Part shown: one piece after another, positions 35,825 through 45,073 of the stretch | Layout of the letters: the number at the start of each line of letters is the position of its first letter | How positions within the stretch are numbered: the first letter of the stretch is position 1 | From: an uncultured Bacilli bacterium | GTDB taxonomy: Bacteria; Bacillota_I; Bacilli_A; RF39; UBA660 | NCBI GenBank assembly: GCA_947629475.1 | Contig: CANRDV010000002.1 | Coordinates: 1-48,490, forward strand | Reading direction: 5' to 3' | DNA length: 48,490 bases | Program-made: the position numbers and the translations under genes | The notes under the pieces: model-generated | Told to the model about the DNA's origin: nothing | Database searches by the model: none | What the model saw: only the letters and a program-made list of their open reading frames with translations

Positions 35825-37513
35825 ATGATTTCTACTTCATTATTAACTATTGTTTTTGGTTTTGTTTTAGCTATCCATGGTTCTTATTACTTTACAAGTT
35901 TATATTGTAAATCATATAAGAAATTTCTTAGAAAAAAACTTCGTAAATTATATTATAAAATTGATTTTGGTATAGATAACATTCCTAATCTTGATGAAGA
36001 AGCAATTACCACGATTCCCTTGGTTAATGCTATTTATGTTTTAATAAAATATAGTCCTTTAAATACGAAAAGAATAATTAAAGAACTTAAGAAAAAAGAT
36101 ATGCTTATTCCAATTCATAAAAAGAAAATTTCAAAAGATAAACAAAAAATAGAAGATAAACAAGAACTAAAAGAAGTAAATAAAAAAGAGCAAATAGATA
36201 ATAATAATTTATTAAGAGAAAAAACTAAAGAACAATTAAAGTTAACTAAAGAATTAAATAATAGTGATGTTGCTTTAGTATTAAAAATACAAACCTTATT
36301 AGTAAAACTTAAAACTTTAAATCCAAGAAGTTATGATTTATTAAGTAAAGAATATGAACAATTAACAAGAGATAATAAACTTAATAGTTTTATGTTAAAA
36401 GATTTTTTAGCAAAAATTTTAGTATCATTAGAATACGATATAAGAGATGGAAGTACTCTTATTAATTACTTAGATTTTTTAATAACAACTACTGAAAAGA
36501 GAGTTCTAATGAATAGTCATCAAGAAGAAAAATTCTCTTTTCAAGAACTTGAACATTTAACTAAAGAAATTATAAACAATAGTAATATATATAGTAATGA
36601 AGATAAGTTAGTTATTTATAAAAAGATTTCTCTTTTATATTTATACTTAATATATGAAAATAAATATATAAATATAGATGAAGTTAGAGAAAGTTGTTTT
36701 AACTATGATACCTTATTATATGCTACTATTTTAAATATAATTGAGTTAAAAGAAAGAAATGTAATCGAAGATAATTTAGCATTTGATATAAATGAAAATT
36801 ATAGTTTAGAAAGTATAGTAAAACTAATAAAGGAAATAAAATTTATAAAAAAAGAAACTAAAGAAGTAACTCTAAAAAAACAAATAACAGTAGATAGCAG
36901 TGATACAACTTTAGTATTAAAAATACAAACTTTATTAGTAAAACTTAAAAAGATAAATCCTAAAAGTTATGAAACATTAAATAAGGAATATGAAGTCTTA
37001 GCAAGAGAAGGTAAACTTAATAATCTTATGTTAAAAGACTTTTTAGCAAGAATCTTATCAGTTATAAAATATGAAGAAAATAATATAAGTTCTATCCTTA
37101 ATTATTTAGATGTTTGGATAGAAACCTATGAACAAAAATTTCAAATGAATATGCAAGTAACAAAAAGTCTTACTTTTAAAGAACTTGAACATTTAACTAA
37201 AGAGATTATAAATAATAAAACCTATAGTAATTCAGATAAAGTAGTTATCTATAAGAAAATTGCTCTTTTATACTTATATTTAATATATGAAAATAAATAT
37301 ATAAATATTGCTGTTCTTAGAGATAGTTGTTTTAACTATGATGCTTTATTATATGCTACTATTTTAAATATAGCTGAATTAAAAGAAAGAAATTTAATCG
37401 AAGATAATTTAGCATTTGATATAAATGAAAAGTATGATTTAGAAAGTGTAGTAAGATTAATTACTGAAATAAAATTTATAAGGAATAAACAATTGGTAAA
37501 AAATAATAGTTGA
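35825..37513 (+). CDS. Hypothetical 562-aa protein with an N-terminal transmembrane segment and two tandem repeats of about 195 aa
   Basis: Repeat 1 is about 36263-36841 and repeat 2 is about 36898-37486. They are colinear and share blocks such as LVLKIQTLLVKLK, ELEHLTKEIINN and LLYLYLIYENKYINI. Confidence 0.7.
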   Translation: MISTSLLTIVFGFVLAIHGSYYFTSLYCKSYKKFLRKKLRKLYYKIDFGIDNIPNLDEEAITTIPLVNAIYVLIKYSPLNTKRIIKELKKKDMLIPIHKKKISKDKQKIEDKQELKEVNKKEQIDNNNLLREKTKEQLKLTKELNNSDVALVLKIQTLLVKLKTLNPRSYDLLSKEYEQLTRDNKLNSFMLKDFLAKILVSLEYDIRDGSTLINYLDFLITTTEKRVLMNSHQEEKFSFQELEHLTKEIINNSNIYSNEDKLVIYKKISLLYLYLIYENKYINIDEVRESCFNYDTLLYATILNIIELKERNVIEDNLAFDINENYSLESIVKLIKEIKFIKKETKEVTLKKQITVDSSDTTLVLKIQTLLVKLKKINPKSYETLNKEYEVLAREGKLNNLMLKDFLARILSVIKYEENNISSILNYLDVWIETYEQKFQMNMQVTKSLTFKELEHLTKEIINNKTYSNSDKVVIYKKIALLYLYLIYENKYINIAVLRDSCFNYDALLYATILNIAELKERNLIEDNLAFDINEKYDLESVVRLITEIKFIRNKQLVKNNS

Positions 37514-37655
37514 CCCCAGGAGCAAGGGAATTCTAAATATAATAACTATATCTACTCTCTTTGAGAACCCAGCTTTAATCCTTCACAAGTCAACTAAGTA
37601 ATATTATTATATAACAAATATATACATTTGTCAAAATTAGAAATTTATAGAAAAT

Positions 37656-37684
37656 TTGTAAAAGTAATAAAAATATAGTATAAT
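37656..37684 (+). promoter_or_regulatory. Promoter of the second AbiE-like pair
   Basis: The -35 is TTGTAA (37656-37661), the spacer is 17 bp and the -10 is TATAAT (37679-37684). Confidence 0.5.
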
Positions 37685-37708
37685 ATTAGTAAAGAAAGGA
37701 GAAACGAA

Positions 37709-38179
37709 ATGATAGATGATATTAATAAGAGCATTTATGAATATGCAAGAGACATTGACAAACAAACCAGACTTTTATCATTTTTAGATGTTTATAGAAT
37801 TTTATTAAAAGATTTAAATTGTATTGTTTGTATGGAAAGTGCTGCTGATTTACTAGGTTATTCAAATGGTGGTTTTAGACATCAGATTTATGTTTATTCG
37901 TTAGTTGACTTTAATAAACCATACATAAAATGTTTTATAGTAAAAGATTTAAATAATATTCCATTTATAGATAGAAAAGGAATTAAAGTTTCTCCTATCG
38001 AAATTGCAATTAAAGATATGTTAGAAAAAAAGGAAACTGACCCTCAAATTTTATATGAAACATTTGCTAATTACTACTTTGATAATAACAAATCATATAA
38101 AGGATTAGAATTACCAAAAAGATTATCTTTAAAAGCAAAACATTTCAAAGAGGAAGGAGCTTTATATTATGAGCAATGA
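37709..38179 (+). CDS. Putative antitoxin partner of the AbiEii-like gene (short, AbiEi-C-terminal-like)
   Basis: The 156-aa ORF overlaps the downstream nucleotidyltransferase gene by 11 nt. The assignment rests mainly on context. Confidence 0.45.
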   Translation: MIDDINKSIYEYARDIDKQTRLLSFLDVYRILLKDLNCIVCMESAADLLGYSNGGFRHQIYVYSLVDFNKPYIKCFIVKDLNNIPFIDRKGIKVSPIEIAIKDMLEKKETDPQILYETFANYYFDNNKSYKGLELPKRLSLKAKHFKEEGALYYEQ

Positions 38180-38879
38180 TGACAAAGAACTAGAAGAATT
38201 TTTATATAAAATTATTCATGAAATATCAAAAGAAAATGCTTCAATTGTATTTAAAGGTGGTTTAGCATTAAAAGACTTGCTTAGTCAAATACATAAGAGC
38301 AATATCATTGAAAGAAGAACAATAGATATTGATGCCAACTGGACTGGTGAAAAAAATTTAGATAAAATAACAAAAATTTTCAGTAATGCAGTAAAAAAAG
38401 TGGATGCAACTTGCAAATTAGAAGTTAGTCGCCTACCAAATGAAAATAGTTCTATGGGTTTTAAAATTTTAGATTCTGAAAAGAGCGTATTATCAAAAAT
38501 CGATTTAGACATTAAAAATAATCCATTTTATGTTGTTTATAAATTTGAAGATATTGATATAAAGTATTCATCTTTAGAAAAAATGCTAGCAGATAAATTA
38601 AGTGCTTTATCAGGTTCTCATGTTTTTAGAAGAGCAAAGGATTTATTAGATGTTTATTTAATAATTAAAGATAATGATATAAACATTGAAAAAATTAAAG
38701 AAATATTAAAATATGATTCAAGAGAACTAGAAAATTTTGAAACATTAATATCTAATAAAGAAATTATGAAAGATAGTTATGAGAAACTATTAGGAATTAC
38801 AAATAAACCTTTATTTGAAGAAGTTTGGAACAAAGATATAAAATTTCTAATAGATAATAAACTTATAAAAGATAAATAA
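38169..38879 (+). CDS. AbiEii/DUF1814-like nucleotidyltransferase toxin, short form
   Basis: The pattern VFKGGLALKDLL...RRTIDIDANW matches the nucleotidyltransferase fold pattern (GG.AL...T.DiD). The protein is 236 aa. Confidence 0.6.
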   Translation: MSNDDKELEEFLYKIIHEISKENASIVFKGGLALKDLLSQIHKSNIIERRTIDIDANWTGEKNLDKITKIFSNAVKKVDATCKLEVSRLPNENSSMGFKILDSEKSVLSKIDLDIKNNPFYVVYKFEDIDIKYSSLEKMLADKLSALSGSHVFRRAKDLLDVYLIIKDNDINIEKIKEILKYDSRELENFETLISNKEIMKDSYEKLLGITNKPLFEEVWNKDIKFLIDNKLIKDK

Positions 38880-38903
38880 ATTTATGTATTAAAAATTATA
38901 CTA

Positions 38904-38930
38904 ATGAACTTAAATAATAGTTCATTTTTT
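38904..38930 (+). terminator. Rho-independent terminator
   Basis: The stem atgaact / agttcat is 7 bp with an 8-nt loop, followed by TTTTT. Confidence 0.6.
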
Positions 38931-38946
38931 CATTTAAACACATATT

Positions 38947-38968
38947 TTTAATATTTTTTGAGGATAAT
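38947..38968. repeat. Right copy of the 22-bp direct repeat
   Basis: Identical to 35640-35661. It lies 16 nt upstream of the PBP start codon. Confidence 0.85.
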
Positions 38969-38984
38969 AGAAATAGGTGAGATT

Positions 38985-40973
38985 ATGAGATTTTTAAAAT
39001 TCATGACTAAATCAATGATTATCCTTGTTTTTTTAGCATTCTTTTCGATTGCTGGTATTTATTTATATGCTAAAATGTTACCTAAACTTAGTATAAGTGG
39101 AAATGGTAGTTATACTTTATATGATAATACAGAAGCAGTGTTTTTTCAAGGAAATGGAACTAGTAAATGGGTAAGTGTTGATGAAATAAGTGATTATGTT
39201 AAAAAAGCAACAATTACAATTGAAGATAAAAATTTTTATAAACATCATGGATTTGATGTTTTAAGAATTATGAAAGCTATGTATACTAATTTAACTAGTA
39301 GAAGTTATAAAGAGGGAGCTTCAACGATTACTCAACAATTTGCTAAGAATTTATATTTAGATTTTGATAAGACTTGGGAGAGGAAAATTCATGAACTTTG
39401 GTATACTATTCAAATAGAAACACATTATTCAAAAGATGATATCTTAGAAGGCTATTTAAATTGTATTAATTATGGTCATGCAATGTATGGAATTGAAAAT
39501 GCGAGTGAATTTTATTTTGATAAAAAAGCAAGTGAGTTAACGTTGGCTGAATCGGCAATGCTAGTTGGAATTCCTAAGTCACCTTCTAATTATTCTCCTT
39601 TAATTAACCATGAACTCGCTAAGAAAAGACAAACTTATATTTTAAAGACGATGTATGAAGAAGGAGTTATTACTAAAGATGAATATAATGATGCTTTAAA
39701 TGAAGAGTTAAAATTTCATGGTAAGAAAGATGGGCTTGATTTAGATACTTTAATGTATTATCAAGATGCTGTTATGGATGAGTTAAAAAGTTTGGGAAAT
39801 GTTATCGAAACTAATTTACAAAATGGAGGAATTAGAGTTTATACGAACTTAGATGTTAAAGCTCAGACAAGTTTAGAAAATAGTATTAAAAGTACTATCA
39901 CGGATAACGAAGAGATTCAGGCAAGTGGGATTATGATTAATCCTGAGGACGGAAGTGTAATAGGTTTAGTTGGTGGACGGGATTTTAATAAATCACAGTT
40001 CAATAGAGCATTAAATTCGAAACGACAAGTAGGTTCAATCATGAAACCATTTTTATATTATAATGCTCTTGAAAATGGATTTACGGCTAGTACATCATTT
40101 TTATCTCAAGAAACAACGTTTACTATAAGTGCTAACAATGTTTATACTCCTAAAAATTATAATAATTTATATGCTAATAAGGCTATAAGTATGGCATCAG
40201 CCATCTCTTTTTCCGACAATATTTATGCAATCAAAACACATTTATTCTTAGGAAGTGAAAACTTAATTGACACGGCTAAAAGGGTAGGGATTAAAACTAA
40301 ATTAGAACCAATTGCTTCTCTTCCTCTTGGAACAGTTGAATTAAATCATTTAGAAATCACGAATGCTTATGCTACTTTAGCAAGTGAAGGAATTAAACAT
40401 GAACCTTATTTTATAAAAAAGGTTACAGATATGGCAGGAAATATTTTATATGAACATAAAGATACAAGTGAAGTTGTTTTGAATAAGAGTATTACCTTTA
40501 TTTTAAATGATTTATTAAAAGGAACTTATGATTATAATATGATTGATTATACTTATCCAACAAATATTTCAATTGCATCTCTCTTAAAACATGACTATGC
40601 GATTAAATCAGGTTCAACTAATACAGATAACTGGATAATTGGTTTTAATAAAAATGTTGTTACTTCAATTTGGATAGGATATGACGATAATAAAGAAATG
40701 ACAACAAATGATTTTAGGTATTCTAAGAAAATCTGGGCTAATGCTATGGAAGAATATCTTGTTGATAAAGAAGTATCTTGGTATGAAATTCCAAGTAATG
40801 TTGTTGGAGTAATCGTTGACCCAATCACAGGAAATCTTGCTACTAATGAATCTAAAAATAAAAAAATCCTTTATTATATTAAAGGAACAGAACCAGGGTT
40901 TACGCAAGAAGTATTTGATGAATATGAAGAAAAACAAGATACTGAAAAAGACAATGATGAAGCTAAAGAATAA
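38985..40973 (+). CDS. Class A penicillin-binding protein (glycosyltransferase plus transpeptidase)
   Basis: GT51 motifs are EDKNFYKHHGFD and GASTITQQ. Transpeptidase motifs are SIMKPF (SxxK), SDN (SxN) and KSGS (K[ST]G). The likely start is the ATG at 38985, behind AGGTGA. Confidence 0.85.
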   Translation: MRFLKFMTKSMIILVFLAFFSIAGIYLYAKMLPKLSISGNGSYTLYDNTEAVFFQGNGTSKWVSVDEISDYVKKATITIEDKNFYKHHGFDVLRIMKAMYTNLTSRSYKEGASTITQQFAKNLYLDFDKTWERKIHELWYTIQIETHYSKDDILEGYLNCINYGHAMYGIENASEFYFDKKASELTLAESAMLVGIPKSPSNYSPLINHELAKKRQTYILKTMYEEGVITKDEYNDALNEELKFHGKKDGLDLDTLMYYQDAVMDELKSLGNVIETNLQNGGIRVYTNLDVKAQTSLENSIKSTITDNEEIQASGIMINPEDGSVIGLVGGRDFNKSQFNRALNSKRQVGSIMKPFLYYNALENGFTASTSFLSQETTFTISANNVYTPKNYNNLYANKAISMASAISFSDNIYAIKTHLFLGSENLIDTAKRVGIKTKLEPIASLPLGTVELNHLEITNAYATLASEGIKHEPYFIKKVTDMAGNILYEHKDTSEVVLNKSITFILNDLLKGTYDYNMIDYTYPTNISIASLLKHDYAIKSGSTNTDNWIIGFNKNVVTSIWIGYDDNKEMTTNDFRYSKKIWANAMEEYLVDKEVSWYEIPSNVVGVIVDPITGNLATNESKNKKILYYIKGTEPGFTQEVFDEYEEKQDTEKDNDEAKE

Positions 40974-41670
40974 TCTCAACTTCATCATTATTTTTTAATA
41001 AGAAAGCATTCGCATCATCCGTATCTAAATGGAGTTCAAAATAGGCTTCATCTGAATCTTTTAAATGAACATGATTAATAATACCACCTTTTTCTCCCGG
41101 AATTTTAACACTTACTTCTTTTATTCCAACTAAATTCTTTTCGGCTCTTATCCTACTATCAACATGAATATGACGAGTTGCTATTATTCCACAGGCTTTA
41201 GTTACACTTCCAAATGGTCCTATAATTGTTAATACTTCAGAACCTTCTATATCTCCTGAATCTCTAACCGGAGGATTAACTCCTAATTTATAACAATCTG
41301 TTTTACTTAGTTCAACTTGCGTATAATTTCTAATTGGTCCTAAAACTCTAACATCTTTTATCTCATCTTTGAGAGTTTTAATTGTTACAAATAAATTACT
41401 AGCAAACTGAGTTGGTTGATTTAAATTCCTTACTACTTCCATCTTTGTATCTTTAAATAAAGTATTATAATCTTCAAAACTTAAATGAACATGTCTATTA
41501 CTAATTCCAACACTTATTTTCATTTTATCCTCCTCCAATGAAAAATCAAATACAGGCGTTGCATCTCGATTTTTTTTATCATATTTCGCGTAGGCGAGGG
41601 CTAATTTTTTTATTTCTTCACTTATTTCACTTTTTTGAATTGTATCAACTTTTAAATCATCATCATTCAT
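40963..41670 (-). CDS. pduL: Phosphate propanoyltransferase / phosphotransacylase (PduL family)
   Basis: The two PduL repeats are GISNRHVHLS and ATRHIHVD. The likely start is MNDDD at 41670, behind GGAGGA. Confidence 0.8.
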   Translation of the reverse strand: MNDDDLKVDTIQKSEISEEIKKLALAYAKYDKKNRDATPVFDFSLEEDKMKISVGISNRHVHLSFEDYNTLFKDTKMEVVRNLNQPTQFASNLFVTIKTLKDEIKDVRVLGPIRNYTQVELSKTDCYKLGVNPPVRDSGDIEGSEVLTIIGPFGSVTKACGIIATRHIHVDSRIRAEKNLVGIKEVSVKIPGEKGGIINHVHLKDSDEAYFELHLDTDDANAFLLKNNDEVEIIL

Positions 41671-41797
41671 AAGTCCTCCTTCTACATATACTACTATTAT
41701 AAAAAAATTAATCTTGACTATCAAGACCTAAATTCAATAGTTTACTTAAACTTTACATATTTATCTATAAATATCATACACTTTAATGGAGGTTTTT

Positions 41798-42145
41798 ATG
41801 AATAATAGTTATAATTATAATCCATATCAAAATGGTTATCCAAGTACTTCAAGTATGAACCCTTCTTATATTCCAAGTGAATCATCATCAGCTCCAGGAG
41901 TAGGGGGAACAGAAATTACTAATGAATATGCTGAAGAGTTATTAAACAAGAATATTGGTAAAACTTTAAAAGTTTATATGTCTTTTAATGATTCAATTGA
42001 ATGGCGTGATAAAGTTTTTGAAGGAATACTTGAAGCATGGGGTAGAGATTTCTTCTTATTGAAAGCTCTTGACTCAAATAAACGTTATATGTTATGGAAT
42101 ATTTACATTAATTATTTAGAATTTAATGAAGATGTTACACTTTAG
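41798..42145 (+). CDS. gerQ: Spore coat protein GerQ-like
   Basis: A Q/N/Y/P-rich N-terminus is followed by the conserved core LLNKNIGKTLKVYMSFNDS.EWRDKVFEG.LE.WGRDFFLL...KRY.L..I.Y..F. Confidence 0.65.
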   Translation: MNNSYNYNPYQNGYPSTSSMNPSYIPSESSSAPGVGGTEITNEYAEELLNKNIGKTLKVYMSFNDSIEWRDKVFEGILEAWGRDFFLLKALDSNKRYMLWNIYINYLEFNEDVTL

Positions 42146-42191
42146 TTGAAAATTTTTAAGAAATTTGCTAAAATATAATTGGTGATATAAA

Positions 42192-42740
42192 GTGAAGAAT
42201 ATAATAATTTTAGCAATTTCAGTTGCAGTCCTTTTAATTATCTTTATTATAATAGTTTTAATAATCGGAAAGAATAAAATCAGGAGTATTTTAACTCCTC
42301 TTGATATGTCTAAGAAAGATATCAATGATTATTTAAAACAAAAGTATAAAGTTTATAAAGAAATGATTAAGTATATCAAAGATAATTTAAGTATAAGAGA
42401 AGAAGCTTTTCAAAACTTTTTAAATTTTGATACAAGAGAATGTTTACAAAGTGATTTAATTGATATGCTTGATAAAACTACTTATGAATTAAATGAATAT
42501 GTTGATAACTATGATGAATTATTAAAGAGTTCAGATTTTCTACTTTTAAAAAGAAAACTTTATAATATTCAAATAAACTTAGAAGCAACAATTGATTATT
42601 ATAATAGTAAAATATCCGTTTATAATACTTTAAAAGATAAAGGACCAACTAATTTTTCAACTAAGTTCTTTACATTTGATGAATATAATACAATTAAAAA
42701 TGAAAAAGAAGAAATATCTAGGTTAATTAACTTAAACTAG
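42192..42740 (+). CDS. Hypothetical membrane-anchored 182-aa protein
   Basis: It has an N-terminal transmembrane segment (IIILAISVAVLLIIFIIIVLII) and a GTG start behind GGTGAT. Confidence 0.5.
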   Translation: MKNIIILAISVAVLLIIFIIIVLIIGKNKIRSILTPLDMSKKDINDYLKQKYKVYKEMIKYIKDNLSIREEAFQNFLNFDTRECLQSDLIDMLDKTTYELNEYVDNYDELLKSSDFLLLKRKLYNIQINLEATIDYYNSKISVYNTLKDKGPTNFSTKFFTFDEYNTIKNEKEEISRLINLN

Positions 42741-42750
42741 ATATTTTTTT

Positions 42751-42778
42751 AAAAGGCTACCACTTGGGTAACCTTTTT
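42751..42778. terminator. Bidirectional terminator between convergent genes
   Basis: The hairpin is aaggctacc-acttg-ggtaacctt (8 bp plus 1 mismatch), flanked by an A run and a T run. Confidence 0.55.
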
Positions 42779-42779
42779 A

Positions 42780-44138
42780 TTATTCATAAATTCTAACTTT
42801 AATCTTCTTAGTCTTAGATTCATAAGTTGCTCTTAAATCTTCACCTGTAACTGTAACATCAACTTCATATTCACCTGGAGTTGTATATTTAGAAAGGTCA
42901 ACATTAGCAATTATCTTGCTAGCATCTATTTCATCTAAGGCTTCTTTGCTTCCTTTAACAATAACTGTAACAACACTATCACTAGCACTACCAGCTGTTA
43001 CTTTCAAGCCATTTGCTAAATTAATCGTATGAACTTGAACATTTGTAACTTCTTTTTGAGCTTGTTCACCAACTTTTAATTTAACTGTAACACTCTTTTC
43101 ACTCATATCTCTTACACCAGCTGGTTTTTCAAGATTAACATTAAATTCTTTATCACTAGATAATCCATCAACATCAACTACAACTGGAATATATTCAACT
43201 TTTTGTAATAATTCTTCATCACCATAGATTGTTACATTAGAAACACTTGTAGTAGTTGACTCAATTGCATATCCAACTGCAAGGTCTCCATCTGGAATAA
43301 CTCTAATTGGAACACTCTTACTTGTTGATGTAACAGTTAAGGTTGCTCCGATTGCTTTAGGTAATATTTCAACATCAACCATTTCACCATTGGTATCATA
43401 AGCAACTAAAGTATTATCATTTAGTTTTACTTCTCCAACTGGAGTATCTTTAGGTAACTTTTCTAAATCAACTAAAGCTTTAACATAAGCAACTTCGGCT
43501 AACTTCTTTTCAGAACCTTTAATAGTTACCTCAGTTTGGTCAAGGGTTATATTACTTATATCTTTTTTACTATCTAATTTATCACGATGTAATACTTCGG
43601 CTGTAACTTCTCTAGTTTCACTTACTTTATCATAGACAACCACCGTTACAACAGATGGGTCCAATTTATATTCAACTGATGTTACTCTTTGACGATATTT
43701 TAAATTAACTCGATGCGTTCCTACGGATAATTCTCTTAAATCAACAGTTATTTCATCACTTCCTGATAATTGTTTAGCAAGATAAATATTACTACGTCTT
43801 CCAATTAAAACCACGTCAACAGTTTCAGGTAATCCTTCAATCACATATGCTTCCTCATTGTAAATAGCTTTAACAGGTTGATTATATAACATTTCAGCTG
43901 AACTTACTAAAGCATTTGAATTTTGTTCAATAACAGCAAACGCTATAACTGCTAGAACTAAAGAGATAATTATCAAGAATTGTTTATTTGCAAATAGTCT
44001 TTCTAAAGTTCGATTATTACTACTAAATAAGTCTGATAATTTTAAGAATAATTTCATAACTGGAGTAATAATTATTTTATCAATTAGTTTAAATATCTTT
44101 CCTAAGAAAAGACAAAACTTTTTAATTATTTTCTTCAT
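42780..44138 (-). CDS. cdaR: YbbR-domain protein CdaR (regulator of diadenylate cyclase)
   Basis: It has an N-terminal transmembrane segment and repeated beta-rich YbbR-like modules. It overlaps and follows cdaA. Confidence 0.7.
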   Translation of the reverse strand: MKKIIKKFCLFLGKIFKLIDKIIITPVMKLFLKLSDLFSSNNRTLERLFANKQFLIIISLVLAVIAFAVIEQNSNALVSSAEMLYNQPVKAIYNEEAYVIEGLPETVDVVLIGRRSNIYLAKQLSGSDEITVDLRELSVGTHRVNLKYRQRVTSVEYKLDPSVVTVVVYDKVSETREVTAEVLHRDKLDSKKDISNITLDQTEVTIKGSEKKLAEVAYVKALVDLEKLPKDTPVGEVKLNDNTLVAYDTNGEMVDVEILPKAIGATLTVTSTSKSVPIRVIPDGDLAVGYAIESTTTSVSNVTIYGDEELLQKVEYIPVVVDVDGLSSDKEFNVNLEKPAGVRDMSEKSVTVKLKVGEQAQKEVTNVQVHTINLANGLKVTAGSASDSVVTVIVKGSKEALDEIDASKIIANVDLSKYTTPGEYEVDVTVTGEDLRATYESKTKKIKVRIYE

Positions 44139-44955
44139 AAATTTCCTCCTCGTTGTCTATATCGCTTTCTGCATCTTCATCAACAGCTTTTGGTCTTAAT
44201 TCATCAATTAACATCATTCTCGCATCATCTAAAGATAAATTATAGAATAATTCTCCTTTAACAGCAATTGAAATTCTTCCTGTTTCTTCAGATACAACGA
44301 TACTTAAGGCATCAGTTTCTTCTGCAATTCCAAGGGCAGCTCTATGTCTTGTTCCAAGTCGTTTATTTAGTTTTATGTTGTTACTAGTTGGGAAAACGGC
44401 TCCCGCACAACTAATTCTATTTCCTTGAATAATAACTGCTCCATCATGTAAAGGATTATTAGGGAAGAAAATAGATATTAATAATTCATTAGTAAGGTCA
44501 GCATATAATCCTTTAGCTTTATCTATATAATCTGATAGACTTATATCTCTTTCAATTACAATTAAAGCTCCAATTCTAGCTTTTCTACAATAGTCAACAG
44601 CTTGAATAATCTCATAAACCATTTTTTCTCTTTCATCAACTGTTAATATCTTATGTCGTCCTAGTAATTGACTTCGTCCTAACTGCTCTAAAGCCCCACG
44701 AATTTCTGGTTGAAAAATAATAATTAAAGCAAGAGGTCCCCATTCAATTACATACTCTAAAATCCAACCAACTGTTGTAAATCCTACATAATCACTTATC
44801 AATTTAACAATTACTATTACTAAAACACCTTTTATTAATAAAGACATTTTAACATTATTTTTAAAATTCTTTAAGATATAATAGAATATCATCCAAACTA
44901 TTCCTATATCTATAACTCTTCTTAAAACCCACCATACTGTATCAAATATTGTCAT
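44122..44955 (-). CDS. cdaA: Diadenylate cyclase CdaA
   Basis: It has three N-terminal transmembrane segments and a DAC domain with PLHDGAVII and GTRHRAALG. Confidence 0.85.
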   Translation of the reverse strand: MTIFDTVWWVLRRVIDIGIVWMIFYYILKNFKNNVKMSLLIKGVLVIVIVKLISDYVGFTTVGWILEYVIEWGPLALIIIFQPEIRGALEQLGRSQLLGRHKILTVDEREKMVYEIIQAVDYCRKARIGALIVIERDISLSDYIDKAKGLYADLTNELLISIFFPNNPLHDGAVIIQGNRISCAGAVFPTSNNIKLNKRLGTRHRAALGIAEETDALSIVVSEETGRISIAVKGELFYNLSLDDARMMLIDELRPKAVDEDAESDIDNEEEIYEENN

Positions 44956-45000
44956 ACTTAATTCTCCTTTTTAAAATCTTTAAATATACTTAATTATAAC

Positions 45001-45030
45001 AAAAAAAATGGTTTTAGTAAATACCATTTT
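45001..45030 (-). terminator. Terminator of the 45060-45734 gene
   Basis: The stem aaatggt / accattt is followed by a long U run on the minus strand. Confidence 0.5.
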
Positions 45031-45073
45031 CTATCTATTTTTTCTTAACCATTTTCTATCTATTTTTTCTTAA
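45024..45073. repeat. Perfect 2 x 25-bp tandem duplication spanning a stop codon
   Basis: ccattttctatctattttttcttaa occurs at 45024-45048 and 45049-45073. Confidence 0.85.

Noticed and set aside
40963-41670. pduL as a marker of a propanediol or ethanolamine microcompartment locus.
   Set aside because: No shell, diol dehydratase or other pdu/eut genes are nearby. It is probably a stand-alone phosphotransacylase.
42192-42740. A LemA-family assignment.
   Set aside because: The protein has an N-terminal transmembrane segment and a similar size, but I could not find the LemA core signature (RRxDLIPNLV-type block). It is left as hypothetical.
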